A stretch of 61,873 bases of DNA, filler included, from Sphacelaria rigidula (GCA_964200075.2; 9 parts of 9 records of this genome joined end to end with filler, not necessarily neighbours in it), one strand, 5' to 3'; shown: positions 26,539-39,358, counted from the whole stretch's first letter. The notes: generated by a model not told the origin, from the sequence alone. Numbers and translations are program-made.

Positions 26539-26970
26539 GAAGTATATGAGCTAAAGGTGTAGGTTGTACGCTGCACAATGTACAATGGGCCCCATGGCAC
26601 AACTATTGTACAAAATATTGATTACATTTTCAATTTGACATATTATCAAACATATAAAACACAAACGGAAACGTTTTTCGGATCAGACTCGCAACCATGG
26701 CAGTTTGGAGTATTGACTATTGAAGCCTGTCTAGTGACGAGTAACGAGTGACGAGTCACGCCATAGGTCTTAGGGAGCACTTTCAAGCAGCTGATACACT
26801 GGCTGCAGGAGGCGCATGGAAAAATATCTCAATTTTATGCGCGTTTCGAGGACATTTCAAGCTTTCCAAACTTTTAAAGCTTTCTTTCAGCTTTTCCAAC
26901 AACACTTATTTAAGCCCGAAAACCCCAAATTAAGCTAAACCTTGAGCGCGCTTACCGAGCTAATGCCTCG

Positions 26971-27344
26971 GAGGGGGGCAGTTGCGACGAACCACCAACC
27001 CTTCACCCGTCTGTGACCGCAGCAACCACTGCAACGGCCGCACTAGTGTGGCTGAGGGGGGTGTAGCCGGAGGATCTGCGTCATTTATTTGGCGTAATTA
27101 TTCTTACTTGCTTGCTTGAATCATCTTGAATCATGTTGAATCATTGATAAATTAATCGGAAACAACACTCAACACCGCTCACACCATTGCACACCATCCA
27201 AGTTTATTCATGAAACACACGAAAAAACCACGCACGGCTCGTGCCCATTGTTTCGACAACGTGTTGCTGAGCAAGTGACGTCCCAAAGGCTGATAAACAG
27301 GTGTCTCGTTTGAGAAGAAAACAAATCAAATCAGGAGCTGCTGA

Positions 27345-27345
<1 letters not shown>
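26971..27345 (+). repeat. Dispersed ~375-bp non-coding repeat, copy 2
   Basis: Matches 14581-14955, which lies on a different contig. Confidence 0.9.
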
Positions 27346-27383
<38 letters not shown>

Positions 27384-27788
27384 GGGCCTTTTTTTTTCAC
27401 CCGTCCTGGGGCGAGGGGGGGAAATCCTCAATCTCTTACAAACCNNNNNNNNNNNNNNNNNNNNNNNNNNNNNNNNNNNNNNNNNNNNTTAATTAATTAA
27501 NNNNNNNNNNNNNNNNNNNNNNNNNNNNNNNNNNNNNNNNNNNNTGATGCGCCCACATATACCGAAAGGTGTAGACTGTTGCCCAGAATAAATGGGACGA
27601 CAACACACACACACACTCAGGGTATACATGGAGAGAGTGAGGAGAACTCCATATCGGGTAGGGCACCACACTATGCTACCCGTTCGATTGTCATCTTCCA
27701 CACAATTCTCCAACAGTGCCCGTGGATCATGATCTCCAGTCGATTATCCCAAACATGAACAACGGGTTCTAAACAATTAGGGCTGAAA

Positions 27789-28169
27789 AAAATGAGGTTA
27801 AACTCAAAGTCGGTGCTATCCCTGACCTTAAGCCATGACAAATGACTTTCATATGGACGACCACATTCCTCCCGACCTCCCTCGAACTATTTCGGGGGAT
27901 TTCTAGCCTGCTCTTCCCCCAAAGGGTGTGTGCGAAAGCACACTTTTGCCTCGATTTCGGGGTAAAAAAGGGACGCTTCTTGGCCCAAAAATCGTACTTT
28001 TGCACGTACCCTTCGGGGGAACGGAAGGCTAGAAATCCCCCGAAATAGTCTGAGGGAGATCGGGAGTGATGTTTGAGGGAGGTCGGGAGGGATGAGAACG
28101 TCCATATGAAAGTCATTTGCCATGACTTCAGGTCAGAGAAAGCACTGTTTTTGAGTTGAACCTCATTTT
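27789..28169. repeat. Long foldback (inverted repeat, arms ~155-180 bp)
   Basis: AAATGAGGTT..CAAATGACTTTCATATGGACG..CTATTTCGGGGGATTTCTAGCCT pairs with AGGCTAGAAATCCCCCGAAATAG..CGTCCATATGAAAGTCATTTG..AACCTCATTT. The two overlapping opposite-strand ORFs translate almost identically. Confidence 0.9.
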
Positions 28170-28651
28170 AGAGAATCCGTTCTTCATAGCTAGTTGGACG
28201 CAGTTGAAAAGCACACGGGAATGGGCGAGAAAAATCACCCTTACCGAAGGCTAGCTCACACTGTTCGAATGGCAGTTCATCATATTTTCAACCTGCCGGT
28301 TATCAAGTTCCCAAGCTCGAAACCAGGGGCAGAATTCGACATTTTCATATCTTGAACTCAGTTGATGTCGAGATATCGTCCGGAGGTCTCGCGAAATCAG
28401 TAAGTCTTCTCTCTTTCAATGTGCATATATGACATCACCCGCTATTTAGTTCAGTTTTGAATCCCTTATAGCCAGGTGTAAATGAAAACGGGTATTGAGT
28501 GACTCGTGGACGTCCGCACTCGTGGCTGACATACACGCACCATCATCATCGGTCTCACCAGTCTGTCATCTTCCAAATGCAACTACCCCTACATATACCG
28601 GGGTGGAGATAGTACACGATGCGACACAACTGTATACGCTCCGTATGCGAT

Positions 28652-28816
28652 ATGTCAGAAGAACATATTTTCCCGGAGATCAATAGACAGGGAAGGAATG
28701 GGGCAGTGAGAACAGGGTATAAACCCACCACGGCAGCAAGGATGGCAACAACCGTGAAAAAGAATGCGAAAGCAGCGGGGGAAGGAGCGCAACTCACTAT
28801 GCACTCCTTCCGATCG
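28652..28816 (+). mobile_element. Tyrosine recombinase fragment, DIRS/Ngaro-type retrotransposon relic
   Basis: HIFP...KPTTAARMATTVKKNAKAAGEGAQLTMHSFRS has the box-II HxxR context (HSFRS) of tyrosine recombinases. The downstream catalytic Tyr region is missing. Confidence 0.55.
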
Positions 28817-29381
28817 CAGGAGGGGCGGATCAACTCCGCCGACAGCAACTTTTGTAACTTTCACAGCATGTCTCCAAGTATGGGGATGCATGAAGGGAGA
28901 ATAGAGACGGGAAATAAGAAAACAACGATAGCTAAGGACAACAGGGCCTTCTGTGGGACCGCATACCGTGAGACTCATGTGAGATTGGGGATTGGGAAAG
29001 GCAACAAAGCGCACCTTTCACTGCAACAAAGTGCGTGCACATGAACCCACGAGCAGTTCCAGTCTCACCTGAAACATGCTTTTCAGCATGGCGGCGAAAA
29101 TTTACCCCTGAATGCACGGAACCCTAGCACGGTCCATCATCAACAACGACCCAACGAGGTGATTACAGAAAACCAATAGCCTCCATATGTGATGATCTTC
29201 GGCGAACAGCAATGCCACTAAGGTAACTTTCGTACTTACTCGAAGTTGAATGTCCACCTTTTCCTCCATCTGCGTTTAGAATACGCAAATCTATGCACTG
29301 CGCTCATCCACACGGCACCGATGTCATCGCGTCGACCCCACATCGCTGGATGTCGATGACACCCGTGCGCGTTGTTCGCAT

Positions 29382-30836
29382 CTACAAAAAGCTCACAATG
29401 ATGCGGAAGAGGCTCCCCTGCTCCAGTTGTACTACCCTCGCTTCAATGCTGCAGGACCCAACACGACCATCGCCCTCAGTGCTGTCAGCGCTTGCCGTTG
29501 TCTTGCTGTCTGTCCCTTCACCGTTATCGCAAGTGCCAATGCTTGCGTCCATCCGCTGTTTTTTGCGGCGTGCGGTAGCCCTCGTACTCCTGCTGACTCC
29601 TCTAACTTCTCCCATGCTGCCGTCACTGTCTTGATTACTGGCTAAACCGAACCAAGCCTTCTGTGGAAACGCGCGGCATAGCACCAACGATCCCCCCCGA
29701 CGCCATGCTCTATCCGCAGGAGCGTTGGCTAGCAGCTTGCGCATGCTGTTCATGTCCTGTCGCCTCCCTTCGCGGTTGCCCTCTCCTACGCTGTTTCCAA
29801 TCACCTGAACAGCAAAGAGGCCTTTGTCGTCAGCAATTGTCTCATCGGCACCCCATCTCAGCAGGAGGTCAGCTGCTTCCAGGTGCAGATTCATGCAGGC
29901 GATCATCAACGGCGACCTGCCCCGAGAACGCCTGGCATGTACATTCGCCTTGTGCCGTAACAAGACAGCCAGAGCACCGCAGCTCCCCTGTCGGGCCGCT
30001 AGACATAGAGGTGTGCTCAAACTCTTCGAACGCGCTTCGACACTAGAACCAAACTTCACCAGCACGTCCACAGCGCCAGGCTGATTACCAGCCGCCGCAT
30101 GGTGTAGAGCGGTTGATCCGTAGCCGTTACACGATGTCACATCCGACCCGTGCTGCACCAGTACTCTGATCACGTCCACATGTCCTCCACCAGCGGCCAC
30201 CTCCAGTGCCGAGAACCCACGGCTGTTTCTCAACCACGGGTCCGCGCCAGCTATCAGCAGAGCTCTTGCCACCGAAGCGTGTCCCTTCCGGGCAGCCACA
30301 TGCAGGAGGGAGTTCCCATCACCATGCAGGACCTGCTCCTCTGTCCCCCGCAACAGCAGCATAGATACAATTTCCTCATAGCCTCGAGACACGGCGATTT
30401 GGATGGGAAGTGCATCCTTATCATCTTTGCAGTTGGAAGAAGCTCCGCTCAGCAACAACAGCTTCACGATAGCCTCGTGCCCATTGTCTACAGCATAGTG
30501 CAGTGGTACCCGATCCCTCTCGCCCCCGCGAACGTCCACATCTGCTTTAGCGCCCTCCTTGAGCAAGTCCTCCACCACCTCTACATTTCCACCCTGCACT
30601 GCAGCACACAGTAGAGTCCGGTTGTGGCATCCACTCCAGCCGGCCTTCCAGCTAGCCCCCGCTGCGAGCAGATCATTCACTAGTACTGAATCACCCGCAG
30701 CTGTCGCGTGCTCAAGTGGCACCATCAGCCATTCCGCCCACTGCTCCTGGCTGGCATTGTTGCAGACGAGGTCGAACAGCTTGGCCTTTGACTGTTGAAG
30801 GACTGCCCGCTCTTGCAGCACATGCGATTTTTGCAT
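29382..30836 (-). CDS. Ankyrin-repeat protein, 484 aa, intronless (brown-algal/phaeovirus-like family)
   Basis: About 9 ankyrin repeats (PLEHA, TLLCAA, PLHYA, LPIQIA, SLLHVA, SALEVA, TALHHA, TPLCLA, SPLMIA). N-terminal EQWAEWL-PLEHA and C-terminal APADRAWRR...LVLCRA and LFRIIVSFL motifs are typical of this family. Complete ATG-to-TAG ORF. Confidence 0.92.
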   Translation of the reverse strand: MQKSHVLQERAVLQQSKAKLFDLVCNNASQEQWAEWLMVPLEHATAAGDSVLVNDLLAAGASWKAGWSGCHNRTLLCAAVQGGNVEVVEDLLKEGAKADVDVRGGERDRVPLHYAVDNGHEAIVKLLLLSGASSNCKDDKDALPIQIAVSRGYEEIVSMLLLRGTEEQVLHGDGNSLLHVAARKGHASVARALLIAGADPWLRNSRGFSALEVAAGGGHVDVIRVLVQHGSDVTSCNGYGSTALHHAAAGNQPGAVDVLVKFGSSVEARSKSLSTPLCLAARQGSCGALAVLLRHKANVHARRSRGRSPLMIACMNLHLEAADLLLRWGADETIADDKGLFAVQVIGNSVGEGNREGRRQDMNSMRKLLANAPADRAWRRGGSLVLCRAFPQKAWFGLASNQDSDGSMGEVRGVSRSTRATARRKKQRMDASIGTCDNGEGTDSKTTASADSTEGDGRVGSCSIEARVVQLEQGSLFRIIVSFL

Positions 30837-33800
30837 GGTGATGTGTAGATGATGGTGGCGGGCGGTGTTGTGATACCGTAGAGCGAGGATGCCCGCTCTC
30901 TCGCAAGTGTGTTTCGCTTCCTCCTTCGACGGCGAACATCATCGTGCAGTGCAGAGGTGAAATTATTCAGAGACATTTTGTCCATTGTCAATATCGTCCC
31001 GACAATATACGATCAGGTCCAACGAAGTTCGAGTTATTGACTTGACGTTCTATTTGTGTCGTTGATCGTATGGGCAACTTTTCGATATGATGGATGTCGG
31101 AATGAAATATGAGTATACTTGACAACTTCATACGAGTTCAACGCCCACTATATGACTCATATTTGGGAATGTGCTCGATAGCCTTGAATACATGAAGATG
31201 AGTGATACTCTGTCGAAATTCTCTCCCCTCCGGCCGCTTCAAGTTTGAGGATTCTACCTCAAGGATCAGGACCGAACCCGCGTGCATGAATCTTAACCGG
31301 AACGATGTCATCGTTGCATTTTTCGGCACTAAAGGTACAGATCGAATTGAAACTGAAAATGAAGGAAGGGGCAAGGTCGGGAGCGAGGAGGGGCGCACGC
31401 TGTTTTTCAAGAACTAAGAACACTGGAACGAGTCGCATAAAACATACATTATTTCATCATTTACCGGGGGATGCGGTGCTTACGCACGTTCTCTCCGTGA
31501 CGCAGTACCAAAAGACGCAGATCGGCCCGATGTTTCTGCCGTCCTTTACTGCGAAAAAATCTAGCAAACAGGGATGTTTCGAAGGGACGACTCAACGACG
31601 CTCACCCCCCTTTTTTTCTCTTCTCGGAATGATTCGAAATGACGCTCGTATCACATCCTGCACGCCGACAAAGTATTTACTTCTTGCATTACATTGTATG
31701 AGATTCGTTGGACGTGATGACTTCCAGGACACGGCAGAGTACAGTAGGTGAATAATGTAGTTCGGTGGAAATATATGTACTCGGCATGGATGCGCCCGCC
31801 AAATGTACGCTGGGTAGGTGATATATTGTCGCACATGCTACCCCGACGTATGCACTGACGGGGCAATATGTTGTGACCCCTGCGGGCCCAATATATATTG
31901 GTCGTGCACTATGTCGTTGCTCACACGGCCCCAATATGTATGATGCGACAAAATGTGCGCAATCCAACGGTACTCATTTATGTTATGGATCGCGGCATAC
32001 ATGGAGGAAGGGCAGTACAATGATGGGCCCATCTAATCTGATGGAAAAGTCCCGGAGGGCTGACTGCGGGAACTGGCAATGTGCCGCAGTCAGGGGAGAG
32101 GATGTTTGAGCCCGTACGAAGACGGTTACATAAACATGCCTCTTTACATCCGACTTGAACTCGGTTCTTTCAGAATCGGTGAAAGCCGGCCCCCTGGTTT
32201 TTACTCCTATGGAAGGGAACGAAGTGGCCTGAGACATGAGATTCAAAACCACCAGTGCAAAAGAGAAATACCATAGCCTGAAGCTGTGAACAAGACACCC
32301 TGACATTCAGGATGAGCTGTTCCTCGTTAAACTGATCATCCCTTCAACTGGAAAACTGTTTTGCCCTGCGATAAATGGTGAGCGAGTACGTACAGATCAC
32401 TGCATACTGTATTGCACATGGATGAATATGCCATGTTTGGTTGAAGTAGTAAATTTCACTTCATGCCCCGTTTTGTGAAGATCCGTCATCACAGTGCTTG
32501 AGCAGCGATCATGATAATCATAACAATTGAGACAGTAGTAAAAACGAATTAGTGCACGGACAAGCCAGAGAGGCTACTATACCGTTTGTCCGAATCATTT
32601 ATATTGGACGGGCAATGCGGGTACCAGCATACATATTATGCCGATGATTTATCGCCATATTCCAATATGATCGACTACTATACACTTCCTGTGTCTCATA
32701 AGTCTGGGCACTTATGGGCGTTTAGTCGTTTGGGTATTTCAACGTTGAATAACACCCTACGGTTGGGTTGGTTAGAGAGGTAAAGCGCAGACGAAGCTGA
32801 TAAAAAAAAAGTTTTCATCACTAAACTCATGTCGAAATATACCCCATTTTTACCCTCTTTGATCAAATTATATCCCACCATTGACCGATTTTAGACTTTT
32901 TCACGTCGAGCACCAGCAATAACATGGTAACAAAATTTTGGATGTGGCGTGCGCAGGATAACATCATGGACATATCCAAAATCAAAGGTAGTTTCGCGAC
33001 TTTCACATTATTTGGCCCATTTTTGGTGATCTTTCGTGTTCCCGGGTCTCTCATGCTTTTCTAGGAAAACAAGCAAAAAATGAACGTCTTTGGATCGACC
33101 TACTTTCTCTCGGCCGCGCGGCTGAATGAGTCAAGCACCCACCTTGTAGAAAGAATGTTAGCTTTAGCTAAAAAATGCCGACGAATGCAACAAAAATATC
33201 GAAAATCATATATCACACCGGACACTTTCTACGATATCCCCCCCCCCCCCACACACAAGAACAGCTCAAAAGTTTCACGAAAAAAGTGGCCACACAGCGC
33301 CTGATATTTGGCTTCAGGCTGCATGAAGCGCCTCATACTGGCGACATTGGCTGGAACGAACCCAAGCGTGGGAGTTCCCTGCTTCTCGTTGTGCTCGGCT
33401 TTTCTCATTTCAATTTACCTGAAGATTTTGCCTTCCACAACCATGCACGTTTTGGGCGGGGGCTATCGTAGAAACTGTCACCGTCAAGGGCTCGTACACC
33501 CATGAGTGCCCAGACTTTTGAGACAGAGGAAGTATATATACATATTATGTATATATTGAAAAACATATTGTATCGTCCAGGATGTGCAAGCGTCCGGAGA
33601 ACCTGACCAGCAAGCGTCACAGGCAAGATGCTGTTGTGTTGAGAGCTGCCAGTAGGACAGCCGCCACTGCTGGCACAGCAACGACAACAACAGCCCGTGT
33701 GTAGTCCAGCATAAAAATGGTGGAGAGTGTGGTCTGCTTCGCCCACCATGAGGAGCCCGATATCCCCATCTTATCCTATTGCCTGTCACCTTCCCTCATT

Positions 33801-34185
33801 GCTACCATGTAACTCGTGATATTCCCCATTAATAGTTGTGTTTTCTGTTCATCATGTTCGGGCTGCTTCTAGTATTCTGCTGCCTACTCCATCATTTCTT
33901 TTTCTTCTATTTTCCCCCTGTTTGTTTGCGTCTAGTCCATCAAGTTTGTGTCGCCTGTATGCAGAGTTGGCGCCGGAGAGTTTCTGGGCTAACGGTGCGG
34001 TCGTTGAGCGGTTCGGCGGCGCACGCGCAAATAACCGCACATGTCGGACAGCAGAGATCATGTTTTCAATGATTACGTCGTGAGGCTGGACCAATCACAT
34101 GGGCAAACCGCATACCGACGAAGATTAAACTGCCAGAAAGAAGCGGAGATGAAAGCTGGTCGCTTTTGCGAGGGTTGAAAGAATT

Positions 34186-34256
34186 CACGGTTAGGACAAA
34201 TCATCACGACTCAAAATTACGAAATTCACGATTTTTTCGGCCCGATTGCCCAAAAG
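34186..34256 (+). repeat. Terminal segment (CACGG...) of a repeat family; reverse-complement copy at 34431-34501 on the next contig
   Basis: CACGGTTAGGACAAATCATCACGACTCAAAA...TTGCCCAAAAG and its complement. Probably DNA-transposon ends where both contigs broke. Confidence 0.6.
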
Positions 34257-35019
34257 GAAGAAAAAAATTGATCGCTGATCCAAGGGATATCCACGCAACT
34301 TTTGCGCCATTCCAAGTGTCTGGGCTGCGTNNNNNNNNNNNNNNNNNNNNNNNNNNNNNNNNNNNNNNNNNNNNTTAATTAATTAANNNNNNNNNNNNNN
34401 NNNNNNNNNNNNNNNNNNNNNNNNNNNNNNCTTTTGGGCAATCAGGCCGAAGAAATCATGAATTTGGTGATTTTGAGTCGTGATGATTCGTCCTAACCGT
34501 GCAACTATGGGATAGAGAGTGGATGAGACCCTATCTATACACTCTCTCCGTCCCATGAGTCCGGGAACTTATGTTTGTGAGGCCCCTTGAACCTGTCCGA
34601 TTCTATTGCCATTTTTGTTGTTGTTGGATTCTTGACTGTTTCTTAAACAAAAAACCGTTTTTTTCTCCAGATGGTGCTTGAACCATGCGACCGAACGGCC
34701 GAAAATACGTTATTCGACCCCCAAATGGCCGTCTTCCTCCCCTTTGGCCCATCAAGCCCTTGGGCACCCTCAATTAGCCCGGCGGAATAGCCAGCGCAAC
34801 CTCGAGCGCAATTACAATGCGGCGGCCCGACGATAGCTCGCCGCCCTTACGGCGGTGTGGAGGTGTACTTGGAGGCATGTCGATCGTTTGTGTTGTCTGT
34901 GGGCTCAGTTTGGAGCGGTAAACACTAATTCTCTAAACATGTTGAAAACTTCCTAAAAAAAGAACACAAAATTTCTCAAAAATGTGCCAAAATGGGTAGA
35001 TTTTGATATCGTTTTAGTT

Positions 35020-35520
35020 TGATTGGTTCGATACATTGATCGTCGCATTTCAACTGACCACCCATGGGTCCAGCCGCGGTCGCACGATAGACGTGCCCAA
35101 GAAAAGCAAAACTGGAACACTCGCTCAAGAAAAGAAGGAACAGAAAAAGGTCGGATCGAACGACATAGTAGACTCAGACGTTCAAAAACAAAAGAAGAAA
35201 AAAAATCAACAGAAACAAAGCACGAGAAGAGACGGCCGACCTGAAAGCAAAAAAAAGAGGGAAAAGAAAAAATGGAATGAAATAATTAAAAAGAAAAAAG
35301 CCCAAGGGATTCAGGGCAGCAGAGTAGATACAGACACACGCCAGTGGGCACCGCAGAGCCACCGACTAAGAACATAATCAACAACCGATATGAGCAGACA
35401 GGATTCTTCGATAGGCGGCCCTCGACGCAGCAGCCTCTCGCTTGTGACGGCGGTCTGATTCTCGTTCGTCCGCGCGTCGCCACGTGTCCTCAAACTCTTC
35501 CGCTCCTTTTTCCACTCCAA
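35020..35520 (-). mobile_element. 5'-truncated non-LTR retrotransposon (RTE-like) 3' end
   Basis: T-rich 3' UTR followed by GACCGCGGCTGGACCC..GGTCAGTT..TGCGACGATCAAT tail on the minus strand. The same terminus occurs at about 1605-1670, 9303-9375, 13335-13367, 36771-36832 and 49521-49582. Confidence 0.6.
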
Positions 35521-36770
35521 TATGCTATTTGCTCATGTTCTTCGCCGCGGTGATCCAATCGTATGCATCGTTAACCTCTACACCGTAGACAAACCACTTC
35601 CGTCGGACTCCGTTGTGCGGGACAGCCCCTAGCGCATGTAGGTTCTCCATTAGGGTATCCTCCCATTGCTTGGGGGGGACGGCCGGCCTCCTAGTATTGA
35701 TGGCTGACTCTTTTTATTTTCATCAGCTTCGTTTGCGCTTCATGTTTCTAACGAACCCAACTATAGGATGATCGTCAACTTTGGAATACCCAAACGATGA
35801 AACGCCCATCAGCTCCCAGACTTATGGGACAGGGGAAGTACCTTGTTGTAAGGTATTAATACAGTAGAACGCATACCTCAAGTTTTACTGTCCATTTTTC
35901 AAGCTCGTGTGACCTCTCTGGTGGTACCCCGAGTTATCATGCCTCTTGGAAAACGGGACAAGAAGAGCGGCCGGATGCACAAAAGGGCTGTTTCGAAATG
36001 CTTATTTTTCATCATCAATCTGTCCATCCAATCTGTGAACAACATAAGCGTGTATGCAACGGTACATGCTTGCAGCCTGTCAAATATGGAGGTCAAATGT
36101 TTCCCAGAAAAAAAAATACTACTGGCAACGTAGTTCTATTACGCCCTGAATCTACAGTAGCAGAGGCTCTAGGCAACTGGCAAGTATCGTCTGCTGCAAC
36201 CTTGTATGTGGAGGAATTTGGTTCACCTGATATAATCACTCACCTGTACCTTGAAACTCTTGCTGCGCATCCTTTGTCTGTGTTGTTGTATAGCGGTAAA
36301 GGGTCAAAGCATGGCGGCCGAGAAGCGTCGAAAGCTAAGCGAGCTGCAGCTATGACAGGAATTCGAACTGAAGAGTGTTGGTACAACAGTGCGTTGCGCA
36401 TGAGTCAGATGGGTACACTTCGACTGTGCAGTATGTAGGCGTTCAGCTACGTGTTCATATTTTACTGTTGTTCACTCACTCATAGTACCGTATTCTTCTT
36501 CGGGGAAAATAAAGGGTGTTAGCGGTGTCGTCCAAAATGTTCGATGGCCCTGGTCTTCTCTTTACACTAGCGTAATACACCATTGTATCAACTAGCTACA
36601 TTGGATGATTACATCTGCACTCTACTCACTGTTCCTTGCGTCCATCGTCCACGGTCTTCCATCCATCTTGTCACGTGTGTGCCTGGGGACGGCGCAGGGA
36701 GCAGCAGGGGCATATTCTCAAGTCGCTTCGTGCACGCCCGTTTTCCAAGATGTAGCAACGTCAGTCATGA

Positions 36771-36832
36771 GACCACGGCTGGACCCCGGGGGGATCAGTT
36801 AAAGTGCGACAATCAATCAATCAATCAATCAA
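36771..36832 (+). mobile_element. Non-LTR retrotransposon 3' terminus with (CAAT)n tail
   Basis: GACCACGGCTGGACCCCGGGGGGATCAGTTAAAGTGCGA followed by (CAAT)5. Confidence 0.65.
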
Positions 36833-37063
36833 AATCAAGCAAGGCACACACTTCTAGCCTTTCACACACTTCATTCGCATTTTGCGACACCGTAGCGCGC
36901 TCAATTTGTATTTGTCCGCATTTACCAGGTATGTGCAGGGTAACATTCAGTGTACCTTGTAGTGGAGCAGGCCCAGTTTCCACTCCCCCACCATCTCGGG
37001 AAGAGTTTGCTTCATCTATCACAACGACAGCTCTGCGTGGATTTTGTTTTAACTCGTATCGGG

Positions 37064-37591
37064 ATGAGAGCCGTTTTGGGCTACTGTACTGTATGTGTCT
37101 GCGCGTTTCTCCCCCCGTGTGTCGAAAACGCATCGGTCGCCATCTGCGGTTTGCCTTATTACAGCTGTGGGCGCCTGCCCCACCCGTGTGCAACGCTTTC
37201 CCTGCTGCGCTCCTCGAGAGTTTCAGCTACTCTCCCCGAAAACTCTACAACGATCGGCTTAACACTCAGGATGCCACCACAAGAACCAGAGTGGGAAGTA
37301 TCGATCACAAAAAAACGTGCACTCAGCGTCAGTACGTTCACTTGCTTGGATTCTCCGTGCATCGACCGCAACGTCACGCTGGGGGACACTGCGCCGGTGA
37401 AGGCAGCTACACCGAAGCTAACCCCGATCGTGAGATTTGAGGGTGGTCGGAGTATCTGCGATTCACGTTTTCCGGGTCGAGTAATCTGGAATGGGATTAC
37501 GACCACCAGCTACATATTGCCGTATATTGTGCATCTATGCAGAACTGGACTCTTGACTCCGTGGGCGCTAAATGCCACAGGTGGATCCCAG
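37064..37591 (+). CDS. Possible first exon of a secreted or membrane protein (uncertain)
   Basis: Long open frame with hydrophobic Cys-rich start and N-glycosylation sequons (NAS, NST, NVT, NAT). I could not phase-link it to the exon at 39184. Confidence 0.3.
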
Positions 37592-37834
37592 GTGGACGCT
37601 GGGAAAATGTGAAAAGCAACCACTCGGACTCAACACCATACGTAAGTTACGGATGGAGTACACCGTGCAGTGCACTGATATGGTGTCTGGGGGGGGGTGG
37701 TGTTCGTGAACGGAGGAAACCTGGTCAGCTGCCTGGTTAGCTAAAGCGCCTGGGTTACCTGCGTCGATAGTCTGCCGGCGATTATTGTTCCGAAACGAGG
37801 TCTGGTGCCCGAGGTTAAACTCTGTTCACGACCC

Positions 37835-37868
<34 letters not shown>

Positions 37869-38280
37869 CCCGCGCCGCCCGCCACCGCGCCGCGCCCGCC
37901 CTCTCCNNNNNNNNNNTGGGTAGGTTGCCCGGGTTTTTTGTTCCCAAACGGGGTCTGGTGCCCCGGGGTAAACTCTGTTCCCGCCCCCCCCCCCCCCCCC
38001 CCCCCCCCTCCCACCTCGGTCTGGCCCGGCGAGAACCCGGCATGCTCCGTCCCGGCTTTGTAGGGGCGGACTCCCGATGGGGTTGCCGTCGGTTAGCAAT
38101 GACGCTATAAAACACGCCACTCACTGCGTAAGCTAGGCAATCAGCTTGCCGATTTGTTTTTGCGTGCTTGCATTTTTTTCGGTAACCATGATGGTAGTCG
38201 AGCTAGATCATGTTGTGTGGCGTGGGAAAACCTCAACTCTGCCCAATGGGGATGGTCGTACTCCGTGGGGTTGAAATAGC

Positions 38281-38610
38281 GAGACACCCATGAGGCACTG
38301 TATAAGCCGTGGCTCTCTGTGGAAGTGGCGATACCAGAGAATGAAGCAACTCATTGTAGACTGTCATCCAAATGCAAGATAATCAATAGTCTTCGGACCG
38401 AAAAATCTTGGCAGGATGCAGCTCACCCTTNNNNNNNNNNCTCACCCTTCATGCGACTCGCCGAACAAACCAGGACGCTTCGTGCTTGGTGATTGATTGC
38501 GAGCCTAGTCCGGCGAAAATCCAGCGTGCTCCGTCCCGGCTTTGTAGGAATGCGGTTCAATGGTCTGATGACTATGGCGTGCATGATCATGAGTCCATCC
38601 CCTCCCACGC
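38281..38610 (+). repeat. ~320-bp repeat unit ending ATGATCATGAGT..CCCC
   Basis: Colinear with 48263-48573 (GAGAC.CCCATGAGGCA.T.TATAAGCCGTGGCT...CCGGCTTTGTAGG.ATGCG..TCAATGG.CTGATGACTATGGC). Confidence 0.85.
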
Positions 38611-39183
38611 CCCATCCTCCGTTCCTACCTTGAACTAGGTGCTATTCTGTCCTCGTGTCGCCGGGGCATCGAAATCTGGGGTGACACCTCGGCTCACACC
38701 TCGGCACACACTGTAGATCAATAATGCTTCGGAACACTGAAATCTTCCCAGGCGGGAAAAATAGTGTTTTGCTCGTGTAGTCATGTCGCTACGTCATGGG
38801 CCAGATCCGCACCATAAGCACCCCAACCGTAAGGTTGAGTGACGGTAGTCCTGTTAGGTGTCGTACCAAAGCTCACGAAAGCAGCTTACCACGTCTTGAG
38901 AAATGGCTTGAATCGTATTCCCCCGCGTTGCTATTAATGATGACGAGTGTCAAGTCCTCAGTCTTTGTTTGAACGCAGGTTTTCGATATTCAATCTCACT
39001 TTCCCAGTTCCATATTCTGCTCTCAACAAACTGCCACACAGCCACGAATAAATAGTTGAGTGAGATGTCCGCAGAGTTTTGCCGCATTACACCAATGCCA
39101 CCTTGCCTCCCTCCCCCACCCTGTCGCCCCCCCCCCCACGACTTCTGCTCTGTCGCCGCGTTCTTACTCTACTCACGTAAAAG

Positions 39184-39358
39184 TGGGGTTGGATATTTGC
39201 TATCTCAGTTTGTCATGTCTGTCATGATACTTAACTGTTGGAGCACCAAGGCATCAGAGAAGTTCATCTTCTTCCTCAAGTTCGTGGAGATGACATCCCT
39301 CAACCTGTGGGCATTTTCCAGCATGGCAATAGCGCTGCTTCTTGCTGTCATCGTCAAG
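39184..39358 (+). CDS. Multi-pass membrane protein, internal exon (weakly GPCR-like)
   Basis: aag|T...AAG|gtatac. Two hydrophobic helices. Phase-0 join to 39982. Confidence 0.5.

Noticed and set aside
34186..34501. Inverted repeat spanning a gap, looking like one TIR element
   Set aside because: The arms lie on different contigs and the flanks share no TSD. Contigs commonly break in abundant repeats.
37785..38010. Tandem duplication with poly(C) tracts around a 10-N gap
   Set aside because: The second copy looks like an error-rich version of the first next to homopolymers, probably an overlap or assembly artefact.
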